Source: Gemmatimonadota bacterium
GTDB taxonomy: Bacteria; Gemmatimonadota; Gemmatimonadetes; Longimicrobiales; Gaopeijiaceae
Length of the DNA: 64,000 nucleotides
Assembly: GCA_034521595.1 (NCBI GenBank)
Contig: JAXHMG010000003.1
Location: 736,001 to 800,000 of the forward strand
Direction of reading: 5' to 3'
Below, one piece after another: positions 10,085-19,377 of this stretch. A model generated the notes under the pieces. That model saw only the letters and a list, made by a program, of their open reading frames with translations. It was not told where the DNA came from and did no database searches. Positions within the stretch are counted from its first letter, which is position 1, and every line of letters begins with the position of its first letter. The translations under genes and the position numbers were made by a program.

Positions 10085-10939
10085 ATGAGCCGCTTCCTGT
10101 CAGCCGGGACGGTCGCCTTCGCCCTCCTTTCCGCGCCGGTCGTCGTTGGCGCCCAGGACTCGGAGGGATTCACCTGGAACACTACCACCGAGGTGAGCTA
10201 CGTTTCGACTTCCGGCAACGCCTCATCCCGGACCTTGGGCGTCAAGGGTTCGTTGGAGGGCGAGCACGCACCCCACGAGGTCCAGTTCGCGGTTGGAGGC
10301 GTGCGCGCGTCATCGGACGTGACGAGTCGACGGGCGGTGGGGACGGAGGACGATTTCACGGTCGTCGAGACGGTTCGCTCGGAGACGACCGCCGAAAGCT
10401 ACCATGCCCGGACCCGATACGACCGGGAGTTCGGTCGAGGCTTCGGCTTCGCCGGCGCCGGATGGGAGCGCAATACCTTCGCCGGCGTCCAGAACCGGTT
10501 CCAGATCGTCGGGGGGCTGGGCCGCACGTTCGTGCGGAGTGAAACGGCCCGCTTCAGCTTGGATGCGGGGCTGACCTATACGATTCAAAAGGACGTGGAT
10601 CCGACGCCCGGTAGCGACGACGGCTTCAGTGGGTGGAGGTTGTCCGTCGACGCGATGAAGTCGGTGTCCGAGACGTCCGAGCTCAGCACCGAGTTGGTGG
10701 TGAACAACAGCTTCAAGGATGTCGAAGACGTGCGGGCGGACTGGCTGAGCTCCCTCTCCGTGTCGATCAATTCGGCGCTGGCGCTCAAGTCCTCGCTTCA
10801 GCTGTTGTGGGACAATGTCCCCGCGCGTGTCGGAGTCCCTCTCGAAACCCCGGACGGCGAGCCGACCGGGGTGGAAGTGCTCACACCGACGGCCGAGCTC
10901 GACAGCGTGCTCACCGTCACGCTGGTCGTGAGGATCTGA
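10085..10939 (+). CDS. DUF481-like outer membrane beta-barrel protein
   Basis: Signal peptide; SYVSTSGNAS, WERNTFAGV...GLG, terminal strand LTVTLVVRI. Confidence 0.75.
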   Translation: MSRFLSAGTVAFALLSAPVVVGAQDSEGFTWNTTTEVSYVSTSGNASSRTLGVKGSLEGEHAPHEVQFAVGGVRASSDVTSRRAVGTEDDFTVVETVRSETTAESYHARTRYDREFGRGFGFAGAGWERNTFAGVQNRFQIVGGLGRTFVRSETARFSLDAGLTYTIQKDVDPTPGSDDGFSGWRLSVDAMKSVSETSELSTELVVNNSFKDVEDVRADWLSSLSVSINSALALKSSLQLLWDNVPARVGVPLETPDGEPTGVEVLTPTAELDSVLTVTLVVRI

Positions 10940-11006
10940 CGTCACGGGCATCACATCGCCCACGACCCGTGCGCGACCGGTTTCCGTCGTCGGCCCGGGG
11001 CCGGAC

Positions 11007-11870
11007 TCACTCTTCCCGGATCCTGACCACGCCTTCCTGCGCGACCGACGCCACGAGCTTGCCTTCCCGGGTGAAGAACGTGCCGCGGGAGAATCCCCGT
11101 CCGGCGCCCGACGACGGGCTTTCGACCACGTACAGCAACCATTCGTCGAAGCGAAACGGGCGGTGGAACCAGATGGCGTGGTCGAGGCTGGCGACCATCA
11201 CACCGGGGTCGCGGAAGGTGACGCCGTGGGGCCGTAGGGCGGCGCCCAACAGACCGTAGTCCGAGGCGTAGGCGAGGACGGCCTGATGGATGAGGGGGTC
11301 GTCGGGAAGACCGCTCACGGTCTTCATCCAATAACGCTGCTTCGGTGAACGTCGTTCGGGGCGAAATGGATCCTCCGCCTCCACGGGCCGAATGTCGAGC
11401 ACCCGATCCTGCGTCAGGACACCGCGCTTGGGCTTCGGAATCTGCTCCGCGTGCTCTCGAATCACGTCGAGCTCGTCGCGAAGGCTCTCCGGCCCGACCG
11501 TGTCCCGCATTGCCATCGCGTGCTCCAGGCCGTCCTCACGACGGTGAAACGAGCTCGACATGTTGAAGATGGCTTCACCGTGTTGGATGGCGGTGACCCG
11601 TCTGGTGCAGTAGCTGCGCCCGTCTCTCAGTCGGTCGACGAAGTACACGACGGGCGCGCCCAGGTCGCCCTCCAGGATGAAGTATCCGTGCATGGAGTGC
11701 GCGGGACGATCTCCGTCCACCGTGCGTCGAGAGGCCACCAAGGACTGAGCCAATACCTGGCCGCCGAAGATGCGGCCGGTCCCGATATCCCGGTTGCGTC
11801 CCCGGTAGATGTTGTGCTCGATGACTTCGAGATCGAGGAGGTCGAGGAGCTTCTGAATGGTCGCGGGCAT
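11007..11870 (-). CDS. tesB: Acyl-CoA thioesterase II
   Basis: RIFGGQVLAQSL, HSMHGYF, RDGRSY, LAYASDY, ASLDHAIWFH, VAQEG. Confidence 0.95.
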   Translation of the reverse strand: MPATIQKLLDLLDLEVIEHNIYRGRNRDIGTGRIFGGQVLAQSLVASRRTVDGDRPAHSMHGYFILEGDLGAPVVYFVDRLRDGRSYCTRRVTAIQHGEAIFNMSSSFHRREDGLEHAMAMRDTVGPESLRDELDVIREHAEQIPKPKRGVLTQDRVLDIRPVEAEDPFRPERRSPKQRYWMKTVSGLPDDPLIHQAVLAYASDYGLLGAALRPHGVTFRDPGVMVASLDHAIWFHRPFRFDEWLLYVVESPSSGAGRGFSRGTFFTREGKLVASVAQEGVVRIREE

Positions 11871-11875
11871 CGCGG

Positions 11876-13003
11876 TCAGAACCAGCCTTTCCGTTTGAAG
11901 TAGCCGAGCATGCCGAGGGCACTCGCGAGCATGAACGCCAGAAGTGCCGGATAGGCCCAGGGAATCGCGAGCTCGGGCATGTGCTCGAAGTTCATGCCGT
12001 ATACGCCCGCGAAAAAGGACAAGGGGATGAAGATGGTCGCGATCATGGTGAGCACCTTCATGACCTCGTTCATGCGGGTGCTGACGCTGGACAGGTGCAG
12101 GTCCATGGTGGCGGACAGCACTTCCCGGAGCGATTCGACCGTATCGATGACCTGCACGGCGTGATCGTGCACGTCACGGACGAACACGCGGGTCTCCGGT
12201 GTGATCTGCTCCACGTCTCCCCGGTACATCGGTCCCAGCGCGTCCCGGAGGGGCCAGACCGCGCGTCTCAGGATCAGCACCTCGCGTCTGAGCGCGTGGA
12301 TGGCTTGCATCGTGTCGGAAGAGACGTCCCGTATGGCCTGTTCCTCGAGCTCCTCGATGCGATCGCCCACCCGCTCGAGCACCGAGAAGTAGCTGTCGAC
12401 GATGGCGTCGATCAGCGCGTACGCCAGGTAGTCCGCCGCTCCGGCGCGGATCCGTCCTTTGCCCGTGCGTAGTCGTTGCCGAACCGGCTCGAAGACGTCG
12501 CCGGGGCGTTCTTGGAACGACAGCAGCAGACCCTCCGTCACGATCAGGCTCACCTGCTCGGCATGAACGGCGTGGGCCTGCTCATCGTAGGAGAGCATCT
12601 TCATGACGACGAAGAAGTACGTGCCGTGATCTTCCGTCTTGGGTCGCTGATGAGTGCTCAGGACGTCTTCCAGGACGAGCCTGTGAAAGTCGTAGTGCGC
12701 GCCGATGTACTCGAGCACGGAAGGATCGTGCAATCCGTCCACGTTGATCCAGTGCACGGCGCCGACGCCGGGGGGAGGCAGGACATCTTCGATGCGCTCG
12801 GCCGAGGTCTCCGCGAGGTCGTCCGGGTCGTACCTCAGCCTCTGAATACGGACCGATTCGACCTTTCTCGGGCCGGTGTGCACGAGTGTCCCGGGGGCGG
12901 ACCCCGCGGGCTTGCGCACGGGGCTCACGACGCGTCCGATCAGTCGGCGAGCGGCGTGTAGGCCCACGAAGTTCGGGACATGGGGCCGGATCGATTTCGT
13001 CAT
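11876..13003 (-). CDS. corA: Magnesium/cobalt transporter CorA
   Basis: HQRPK, MNEVMKVLT, YGMNFEHMPEL signature; two C-terminal TMs. Confidence 0.95.
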   Translation of the reverse strand: MTKSIRPHVPNFVGLHAARRLIGRVVSPVRKPAGSAPGTLVHTGPRKVESVRIQRLRYDPDDLAETSAERIEDVLPPPGVGAVHWINVDGLHDPSVLEYIGAHYDFHRLVLEDVLSTHQRPKTEDHGTYFFVVMKMLSYDEQAHAVHAEQVSLIVTEGLLLSFQERPGDVFEPVRQRLRTGKGRIRAGAADYLAYALIDAIVDSYFSVLERVGDRIEELEEQAIRDVSSDTMQAIHALRREVLILRRAVWPLRDALGPMYRGDVEQITPETRVFVRDVHDHAVQVIDTVESLREVLSATMDLHLSSVSTRMNEVMKVLTMIATIFIPLSFFAGVYGMNFEHMPELAIPWAYPALLAFMLASALGMLGYFKRKGWF

Positions 13004-13062
13004 GGTTCCTCGCGGCGTGGGTGCGTCGGGTGGAGCTGACGAGCTCGTGCGCCCGAAGGAAC

Positions 13063-13494
13063 CTACCTCGCGACCCTCTGTTCCAGGATGCGGTTGCTGG
13101 CGTTCAGCGCCGCCTTGACGGCCGCGGCCGGAAGATCCTCCTCCCGCTCGCACGGAGCGGCTCCAAGCAGTCGATACGTCTCGTTGCCGGCGGCTCCATT
13201 GATGCGTGTGACGACGACCCAACCGTCGAACGCCCGAACGGCCTTCACGCCGAGCACCTCCAAGGTGATATCGGCTCCTTGGGCGTCCTGCGTCGAGGCC
13301 ACCGTGGCTACGATGGTCGACTGTGCCGCGGCCCGCAGGATGCCCTGCTGAGTCTGGAGGCAGGGCACTTCGCCCTCGTACATCTCACCTCCCCACTCGA
13401 GACGCACCGCTACTCGACCGGATCCGTCCGGTGTCGTGACCTGCTCGAGACTATCGAAACGGAGTCGGGATCGTCCGTTCGTGGGGTTGCTCAT
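13063..13494 (-). CDS. Hypothetical protein resembling a stand-alone LeuA allosteric (dimerisation) domain
   Basis: Duplicated beta-beta-beta-alpha pattern ending EDLPAAAVKAALNASNRIL; fold call is inference. Confidence 0.55.
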   Translation of the reverse strand: MSNPTNGRSRLRFDSLEQVTTPDGSGRVAVRLEWGGEMYEGEVPCLQTQQGILRAAAQSTIVATVASTQDAQGADITLEVLGVKAVRAFDGWVVVTRINGAAGNETYRLLGAAPCEREEDLPAAAVKAALNASNRILEQRVAR

Positions 13495-13717
13495 GTCGGA
13501 GAGTACCGGCGAGGGCCATTGGACGGCTGAATCAAGACTAAGGCAGCCATCAGCAGTCGCAAGGGGCGTGCCATCCTCTTCCGGCATTCCGCCGTCCCGT
13601 CACCGGGGATAGCTTGCCAATGAGTCAGGCAACAATACGAAGGCTTTCGCTTTATCTTCGGGTCGTCTACCTTGTGGTATGAGGGTCCGAACAGCGGAAC
13701 CCGGTGACGGAGGTGAC

Positions 13718-14791
13718 ATGGCGACGGCGCAGATGACCGAGAAGGGCAACGACCAGAAGCAGAAGGCGCTCGATACGGCGCTCACCCAAATCGAACGTTC
13801 GCATGGAAAGGGCGCGATCATGCGGATGGGCGCCGACGGTGGACCGATCGCGATCGAAGCGATCTCCACAGGGGCCCTCAACCTCGACGCTGCGATCGGC
13901 GTGGGCGGAATTCCAAGGGGGCGCATCAGTGAGATCTACGGCCCCGAATCTTCCGGTAAGACGACGATCTGCTTGCAGATCATAGCCAACGCCCAGAAAA
14001 AAGGGGGGATCGCCGCCTTCATCGATGCTGAGCATGCGCTCGACATCACCTACGCGGGCAAGCTCGGCGTCGACGTCGATAACCTCCTCGTATCCCAGCC
14101 CGATACCGGAGAGCAGGCGCTCGAGATCGCGGAGGTGCTCATCCGTAGCAACGCGATCGACGTCGTGGTCGTGGATTCCGTGGCGGCGCTCGTCCCTCGC
14201 GCCGAGATCGAGGGTGAGATGGGCGATTCACATGTGGGCCTCCAGGCGCGTCTCATGAGCCAGGCGCTCCGAAAGCTCGCCGGAGCGGTGAATCGGTCCC
14301 GGACCTCCGTCGTCTTCACCAATCAGATTCGGGAAAAAGTCGGCGTGATGTTCGGAAGCCCGGAGACCACCTCCGGAGGACGAGCCCTGAAATTCTATGC
14401 TTCCGTTCGGCTCGACATCCGGCGGATCGGGGCGGTCAAGGACGGACAGGACGTGGTCGGGAACCGCACGCGCGTGAAGGTCGTGAAGAACAAGTGCGCC
14501 CCGCCCTTCAAGCAGGCCGAGTTCGACATTCAGTACAACGAGGGGATCAGTCACACCGGCCTGCTCGTCGATCTGGGCGTTGATCACGGCGTAGTGGACA
14601 AGTCCGGCTCGTGGTTCTCCTACGGGGATCTCCGCCTGGGGCAAGGCAAGGAGAACTCGAAGGCGTTTCTGGCGGAAAACGAGGATATCGCGAGCGAGAT
14701 CGAGGCGAAGGTTCGTGAGGCGCTCGGACTTCCAGGGGGACTTCCCGCTGCCGACGAGGACGAAAGCGAAAGCCAGAGTGGGGAGGAGTAG
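13718..14791 (+). CDS. recA: Recombinase A
   Basis: [56 protein letters not shown]. Confidence 0.99.
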   Translation: MATAQMTEKGNDQKQKALDTALTQIERSHGKGAIMRMGADGGPIAIEAISTGALNLDAAIGVGGIPRGRISEIYGPESSGKTTICLQIIANAQKKGGIAAFIDAEHALDITYAGKLGVDVDNLLVSQPDTGEQALEIAEVLIRSNAIDVVVVDSVAALVPRAEIEGEMGDSHVGLQARLMSQALRKLAGAVNRSRTSVVFTNQIREKVGVMFGSPETTSGGRALKFYASVRLDIRRIGAVKDGQDVVGNRTRVKVVKNKCAPPFKQAEFDIQYNEGISHTGLLVDLGVDHGVVDKSGSWFSYGDLRLGQGKENSKAFLAENEDIASEIEAKVREALGLPGGLPAADEDESESQSGEE

Positions 14792-15032
14792 GGCCCGTCG
14801 CTCATCTCCGTCCCCCACGCGGCCGTGAGCACTTCCGATGCACCGCGCCGGGGGCTCTCGCGGGTGGTGCAATAGGGGTTATCGTTACTCCTACGAGCAT
14901 GGGGCCGTGATCGCCCGGGGAACCAGTTCCGGTGCACGCGCGTAGCGCACACCGGAAGTGGGAGCTGTCCGGGTGCCGTCGCCTCACCTCCCTCCGAAGA
15001 TCCGCAGACCAGCGCCTCCCGTAGTGAACGCC

Positions 15033-17678
15033 ATGCAGACCGCTCAGATCCGAAGCCGCTTCCTCGAATACTTCAGGGACCGGGGCCACACGGTGTGTCC
15101 TAGCTCCCCCTTGGTGCCGGCGGACGATCCGACGCTGTTGTTCACCAATGCGGGGATGGTGCAGTTCAAGCGCGTATTCCTCGGCCAGCATGATCCCGGC
15201 TTCACCCGAGCGGCTACCGCGCAGAAATGCGTGAGAGCCGGAGGCAAGCACAACGACCTTGAAGAGGTGGGCCGCACGGCACGACATCACACGTTCTTCG
15301 AGATGCTCGGCAACTTTTCGTTCGGGGACTACTTCAAGCGCGATGCGATCTGGTTCGCGTGGGAGTTGATGACGGACGTGTATGGCCTGGATCCGGAGCG
15401 GTTCTACGCGACCGTCCACCACTCGGACGACGAAGCCGCCGAGCTCTGGGCCCGTGAGATCGGCCTTCCGGACAACCGGATCTACCGTCTGGGAGACAAG
15501 GACAACTTTTGGCAGATGGCCGAGACGGGACCGTGTGGCCCGTGCTCCGAGCTGCACTACGATCTCCGCGAGAATCCCACGCCGGTCACGAGCACGGACG
15601 AGTTCGTCGAACTGAACGACGCGGGCACGATCATCGAGCTCTGGAACCTCGTCTTCATGCAGTTCGATCGTGACGAGGCGGGGACACTCACGCCTCTGCC
15701 CGCCCCCTGCGTCGATACGGGCGCCGGCTTGGAACGGATCGCCGCGGTCTTGCAGGAGGCGGACTCGAACTACCACACCGATGCGTTCCTCCCTCTCATC
15801 GAGAGAGTGGGAACGCTGGTTGGACGCGCCTACGAGGCCGAGTCGGAGGAAGGGGTCAGCTATCGTGTGTTGGCGGATCACGCGCGCGCTGTCGCATTTC
15901 TCTTGGCGGACGGCGTGTTCCCGTCGAGCGAAGGACGTGGGTACGTGCTCCGCAGGATTCTGCGGCGAGCCGTACGCCATGCGTGGCTGCTCGGGCGGCG
16001 AGAAGCCACGCTGGTCGGGGTCGTGGAGGCCGTGATCGACGGCATGGGGGTGGCCTACCCCGAGCTGGTGGAGAGGCGTGACCACCTGCTGCGCATCACC
16101 CGGACGGAAGAGGACCGCTTCCTGCAAACGATCGAAGGTGGCTTGGACCGTTTCTCGGAGCTGGCTGCCGGGGAGGGTGGTACGATCCCCGGAGACGAAG
16201 TTTTCAAGCTGTACGACACCTTCGGCTTCCCGTTGGACCTCACACAGGTGATGGCCGAGGAACGGGGGTATGTCGTGGATGTCGCGGGGTTCGAGTCCGC
16301 TCTCGAAGCACAGCGGGAACGGTCGCGCGCGGATCGGGCCATGTCGGATACCGGCCTCGCGGCCCATGAGGATCCGGATGCGTGGACCGAGCTCGCGAAC
16401 GAGCCGCAAACGTTCGTGGGGTACGATCACCTCCGGGTTCGGAGCCGGGTGCTGGCCTACCGCCTCGACGGGGACACGGGCGGTGTCGTGTTGGAGGAGA
16501 ACCCGTTCTACCTGGAGAGCGGCGGGCAGGTCTCGGATCGTGGCACGGTGCGTGGGGATGACTGGACGCTCGAGGTCTCGCACGTGGTGAGCATCGACGG
16601 ACGCACGGGCGTCGTCGGCACGCTGAGCGGGACGTTCCCTGCGGGCGCCACCGAGATCTGGGCGGAGGCGGAGGTGCCCGAAGACGTGCGACACGATACG
16701 GTGCGAAACCACACCGCGACCCACCTGCTCCACGCCGCCCTTCGCGAGGTATTGGGCGATCACGTGGTGCAGCGCGGATCGTTGGTCGCACCCGATCGCT
16801 TGCGCTTCGACTTCGCCCACCCCGCGCGACTGACCGAGGACGAGCGACGCCGTGTCGAGGACATCGTGAACCGACGGATCTGGGAGGATCATCCGGTCTC
16901 GATCGACTATCGCTCTTATCAAGACGCGGTGGCCGCGGGTGCGATGGCGCTGTTCGGGGAGAAGTACGGGGACGAGGTCCGGGTCGTCGACATTCCGAGT
17001 GTGAGCCTCGAGCTCTGCGGCGGAACCCATGCGCGGCACACGGGCGAGGTCGGCCTGTTCCGGATCGTGGGCGAGTCCGGTGTGGCTGCGGGCGTGCGTC
17101 GTATCGAGGCGCTCACGGGTCCCCAGGCCTTCCGACACCTCACCGAGCGTGAGCGAACCTTGGCTGCGGCGGCCGATCTCCTGCGAACGTCGCCGGACAA
17201 TATCACCGAGCGGGCGGAGGGACTGCTCGCGGAGAAGTCGGAGCTCGAGACCCTGTTGGCCGAGCTGAGGAGCGGAAGCGGTGGTGGCGCGGAGGACATG
17301 GTGAGAGCGTCCGTCGAGCTCGACGGTGGCGAGACGACCACGTATCGCGGGGTCCGCATGCGAGCACGGGACGCCGACGATGCCAGGAGTTGGGGCGACG
17401 CCTTCCTGGAAGCCGGCGAAAGCGGCGTCGCCGTCGTGGTCGCCGAGTTGCCGGAGGGGAAGCAAGCCCTGTTCGCGTTCGTTACCGATGACCTCATCTC
17501 GCGCGGTGTCCGCGCGGACGCCGTCGTCCGGGAGGTCGCGGCCGTCGTGGGGGGGCGGGGTGGTGGGCGCCCGCACATGGCGCAGGGCGGCGTGAACGAT
17601 CCTTCGAGGGTGGACGAGGCGCTCCGAACGGGGGGCGAGAAGGTCCAGGAATGGCTTCTCGGAACCACGGTGGAATGA
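15033..17678 (+). CDS. alaS: Alanine--tRNA ligase
   Basis: DPTLLFTNAGMVQFK, HHTFFEMLGNFSFGDYFK, editing motifs NHTATHLLH and ELCGGTH, GGRGGGRPHMAQGG. Confidence 0.99.
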   Translation: MQTAQIRSRFLEYFRDRGHTVCPSSPLVPADDPTLLFTNAGMVQFKRVFLGQHDPGFTRAATAQKCVRAGGKHNDLEEVGRTARHHTFFEMLGNFSFGDYFKRDAIWFAWELMTDVYGLDPERFYATVHHSDDEAAELWAREIGLPDNRIYRLGDKDNFWQMAETGPCGPCSELHYDLRENPTPVTSTDEFVELNDAGTIIELWNLVFMQFDRDEAGTLTPLPAPCVDTGAGLERIAAVLQEADSNYHTDAFLPLIERVGTLVGRAYEAESEEGVSYRVLADHARAVAFLLADGVFPSSEGRGYVLRRILRRAVRHAWLLGRREATLVGVVEAVIDGMGVAYPELVERRDHLLRITRTEEDRFLQTIEGGLDRFSELAAGEGGTIPGDEVFKLYDTFGFPLDLTQVMAEERGYVVDVAGFESALEAQRERSRADRAMSDTGLAAHEDPDAWTELANEPQTFVGYDHLRVRSRVLAYRLDGDTGGVVLEENPFYLESGGQVSDRGTVRGDDWTLEVSHVVSIDGRTGVVGTLSGTFPAGATEIWAEAEVPEDVRHDTVRNHTATHLLHAALREVLGDHVVQRGSLVAPDRLRFDFAHPARLTEDERRRVEDIVNRRIWEDHPVSIDYRSYQDAVAAGAMALFGEKYGDEVRVVDIPSVSLELCGGTHARHTGEVGLFRIVGESGVAAGVRRIEALTGPQAFRHLTERERTLAAAADLLRTSPDNITERAEGLLAEKSELETLLAELRSGSGGGAEDMVRASVELDGGETTTYRGVRMRARDADDARSWGDAFLEAGESGVAVVVAELPEGKQALFAFVTDDLISRGVRADAVVREVAAVVGGRGGGRPHMAQGGVNDPSRVDEALRTGGEKVQEWLLGTTVE

Positions 17679-17968
17679 CGGAAGATCTGGAGGGCTGGAT
17701 CGCGGCTCGGACGCCGCCGGCCGTCATGCCGTTGGGTCGGTGGGTCTCGCGATCGCCCGACGCGGCGAGCGATCGCGTAGGCGTGCTGACGGAGCTCGCG
17801 GTGGGCGCGCTCCAGACGGCGCGTGCCCATCCCGGTCGGGTCCGAGAGAGTGCGTTCGACCTCTTGGCCGCCGACGCCTTGCTGACGTACGCCTGCGAGG
17901 CGGCGCTGGAGTCCGCGGATGCCGAAGGCTCTCTTCTACGTATCTTGCGAAGGGCGTGCGCGGGGTGA
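17675..17968 (+). CDS. Small hypothetical helical protein
   Basis: ATGA overlap with alaS and GTGA overlap with next gene; RESAFDLLAADALLTYACE. Confidence 0.65.
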   Translation: MTEDLEGWIAARTPPAVMPLGRWVSRSPDAASDRVGVLTELAVGALQTARAHPGRVRESAFDLLAADALLTYACEAALESADAEGSLLRILRRACAG

Positions 17969-18795
17969 ATGACCGGGATCTCACGTCGCTCGTCGATCTC
18001 CACAACCACCTCGTGCCGGGTGTAGACGACGGAGCCCGCGACCTGCCCGCGGTGCTGGAGTCCGTGGAGCGGATGGCGCGAGCCGGCATTCGCAAGATCG
18101 TTGCCACGCCGCACATTCGCGCAGGGTTGACCCTCGACCCCCCCGGGCTCAGACACCGCCTGGACGAAGTGCAACGGGCGTGGGAGCAAGCGGCCGAGGC
18201 GATCGGCCGGGCCTTCCCCGAGATCGAGTATCGGCAGGGGCACGAGGTGATGTTGGACGTCCCGGATCCGACGTTCTCCGATCCCCGCATCCGGATGGCG
18301 GGCACCGACTTCGTGCTGGTCGAGTGGCCGCGGATGCACATCCCTCCGGCGACGACGCGTGTGCTCGAGAACATCGTGGCCGCGGGGTACCGACCGATCG
18401 TCGCGCACCCGGAGCGGTACGCGGGCATGGGCGAGGCGACGGAACTCGTCGGCTCGTGGCGCCAGGCCGGGGCCGCGCTTCAAGTGAACTACGGCTCTTT
18501 CGTGGGACGGTACGGCTCGGACGCACGGACGAACGCGTTCCGCCTCCTTCGGCGGGGTTGGGCGGACTATCTTTCGACGGACTTCCACGGGCGTTCGAAT
18601 CTGAAGCTTTACAAGGACGAGGCGTGGGCGGTGCTCGAGGAGCTCGGCGCTCGGGAAGCGCTGACCACGCTCTGTGTGACCAATCCCGAACGGCTCCTCC
18701 GAAACGAGGCTCCATTGCCCGTGCAACCCTTACCGGCCGAGCGTGGTATCTGGAGCCGTATCAAGGACGCGATGCGTTCGGAGGGGGCCTCGTGA
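17965..18795 (+). CDS. CpsB/CapC/YwqE-type PHP tyrosine-protein phosphatase
   Basis: [40 protein letters not shown]. Confidence 0.9.
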   Translation: MNDRDLTSLVDLHNHLVPGVDDGARDLPAVLESVERMARAGIRKIVATPHIRAGLTLDPPGLRHRLDEVQRAWEQAAEAIGRAFPEIEYRQGHEVMLDVPDPTFSDPRIRMAGTDFVLVEWPRMHIPPATTRVLENIVAAGYRPIVAHPERYAGMGEATELVGSWRQAGAALQVNYGSFVGRYGSDARTNAFRLLRRGWADYLSTDFHGRSNLKLYKDEAWAVLEELGAREALTTLCVTNPERLLRNEAPLPVQPLPAERGIWSRIKDAMRSEGAS

Positions 18796-19373
18796 ACGCC
18801 GACGCGCATCCCCTGATCCGGGCGGCGCTCGACGCGCACGCCGAGCTTGCGCGGCTCGTCGCCCATGAACTGGCGGACGAGATCGAACGCCTGGCCGCAT
18901 GGAGCGAGGAGACGTTGGAGCAGGGAGGAACGCTCCTCTTCTGTGGAAACGGAGGCTCGGCCGCGGACGCGCAGCACCTGGCCGCCGAGTACGTTGTCCG
19001 GTTCGAGCGCGAGCGCCGGGCGCTGGCGGCCCTGGCCCTGACGACCGACACATCGGTCCTGACCGCGGGTGGAAACGACTACGGTTTCGACTCGGTCTTC
19101 GAGCGGCAGGTTCGCGGGTTGGCGAAGGCGGGGGATTTGCTGGTGCTCCACTCGACGAGCGGCGGCTCGGAGAATTTGATCAGGGCCGCGCGCGCCGCGC
19201 GTGAGAAGGACGTGCGTACCGTCGGCTTGCTGGCGAAGGGAGGGGGACGGTTGAAGGACGAAGTGGATCTCGCCCTGGTGATCCCCACCGATTCGACGGC
19301 ACGGGCACAGGAGATCCACCTGACCATCGGGCACATCGTGTGCGACCTGGTGGAGTCGGCCTTCACGGGGTGA
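18792..19373 (+). CDS. gmhA: D-sedoheptulose 7-phosphate isomerase
   Basis: [43 protein letters not shown]. Confidence 0.95.
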   Translation: MNADAHPLIRAALDAHAELARLVAHELADEIERLAAWSEETLEQGGTLLFCGNGGSAADAQHLAAEYVVRFERERRALAALALTTDTSVLTAGGNDYGFDSVFERQVRGLAKAGDLLVLHSTSGGSENLIRAARAAREKDVRTVGLLAKGGGRLKDEVDLALVIPTDSTARAQEIHLTIGHIVCDLVESAFTG

Positions 19374-19377
19374 GCGC

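Noticed and set aside
13996-14008. A6G6 run in recA resembling a slippery site
   Set aside because: It encodes the normal QKKGG segment, the heptamer is not in the X XXY YYZ phase, and RecA is intact.
14859-14930. Possible T-box leader for alaS
   Set aside because: No GGTGGNACCGCG antiterminator motif and no U-tailed terminator.
14802-17576. 924-aa minus-strand ORF
   Set aside because: Antisense shadow of alaS caused by high-GC codon bias; no recognisable motifs.
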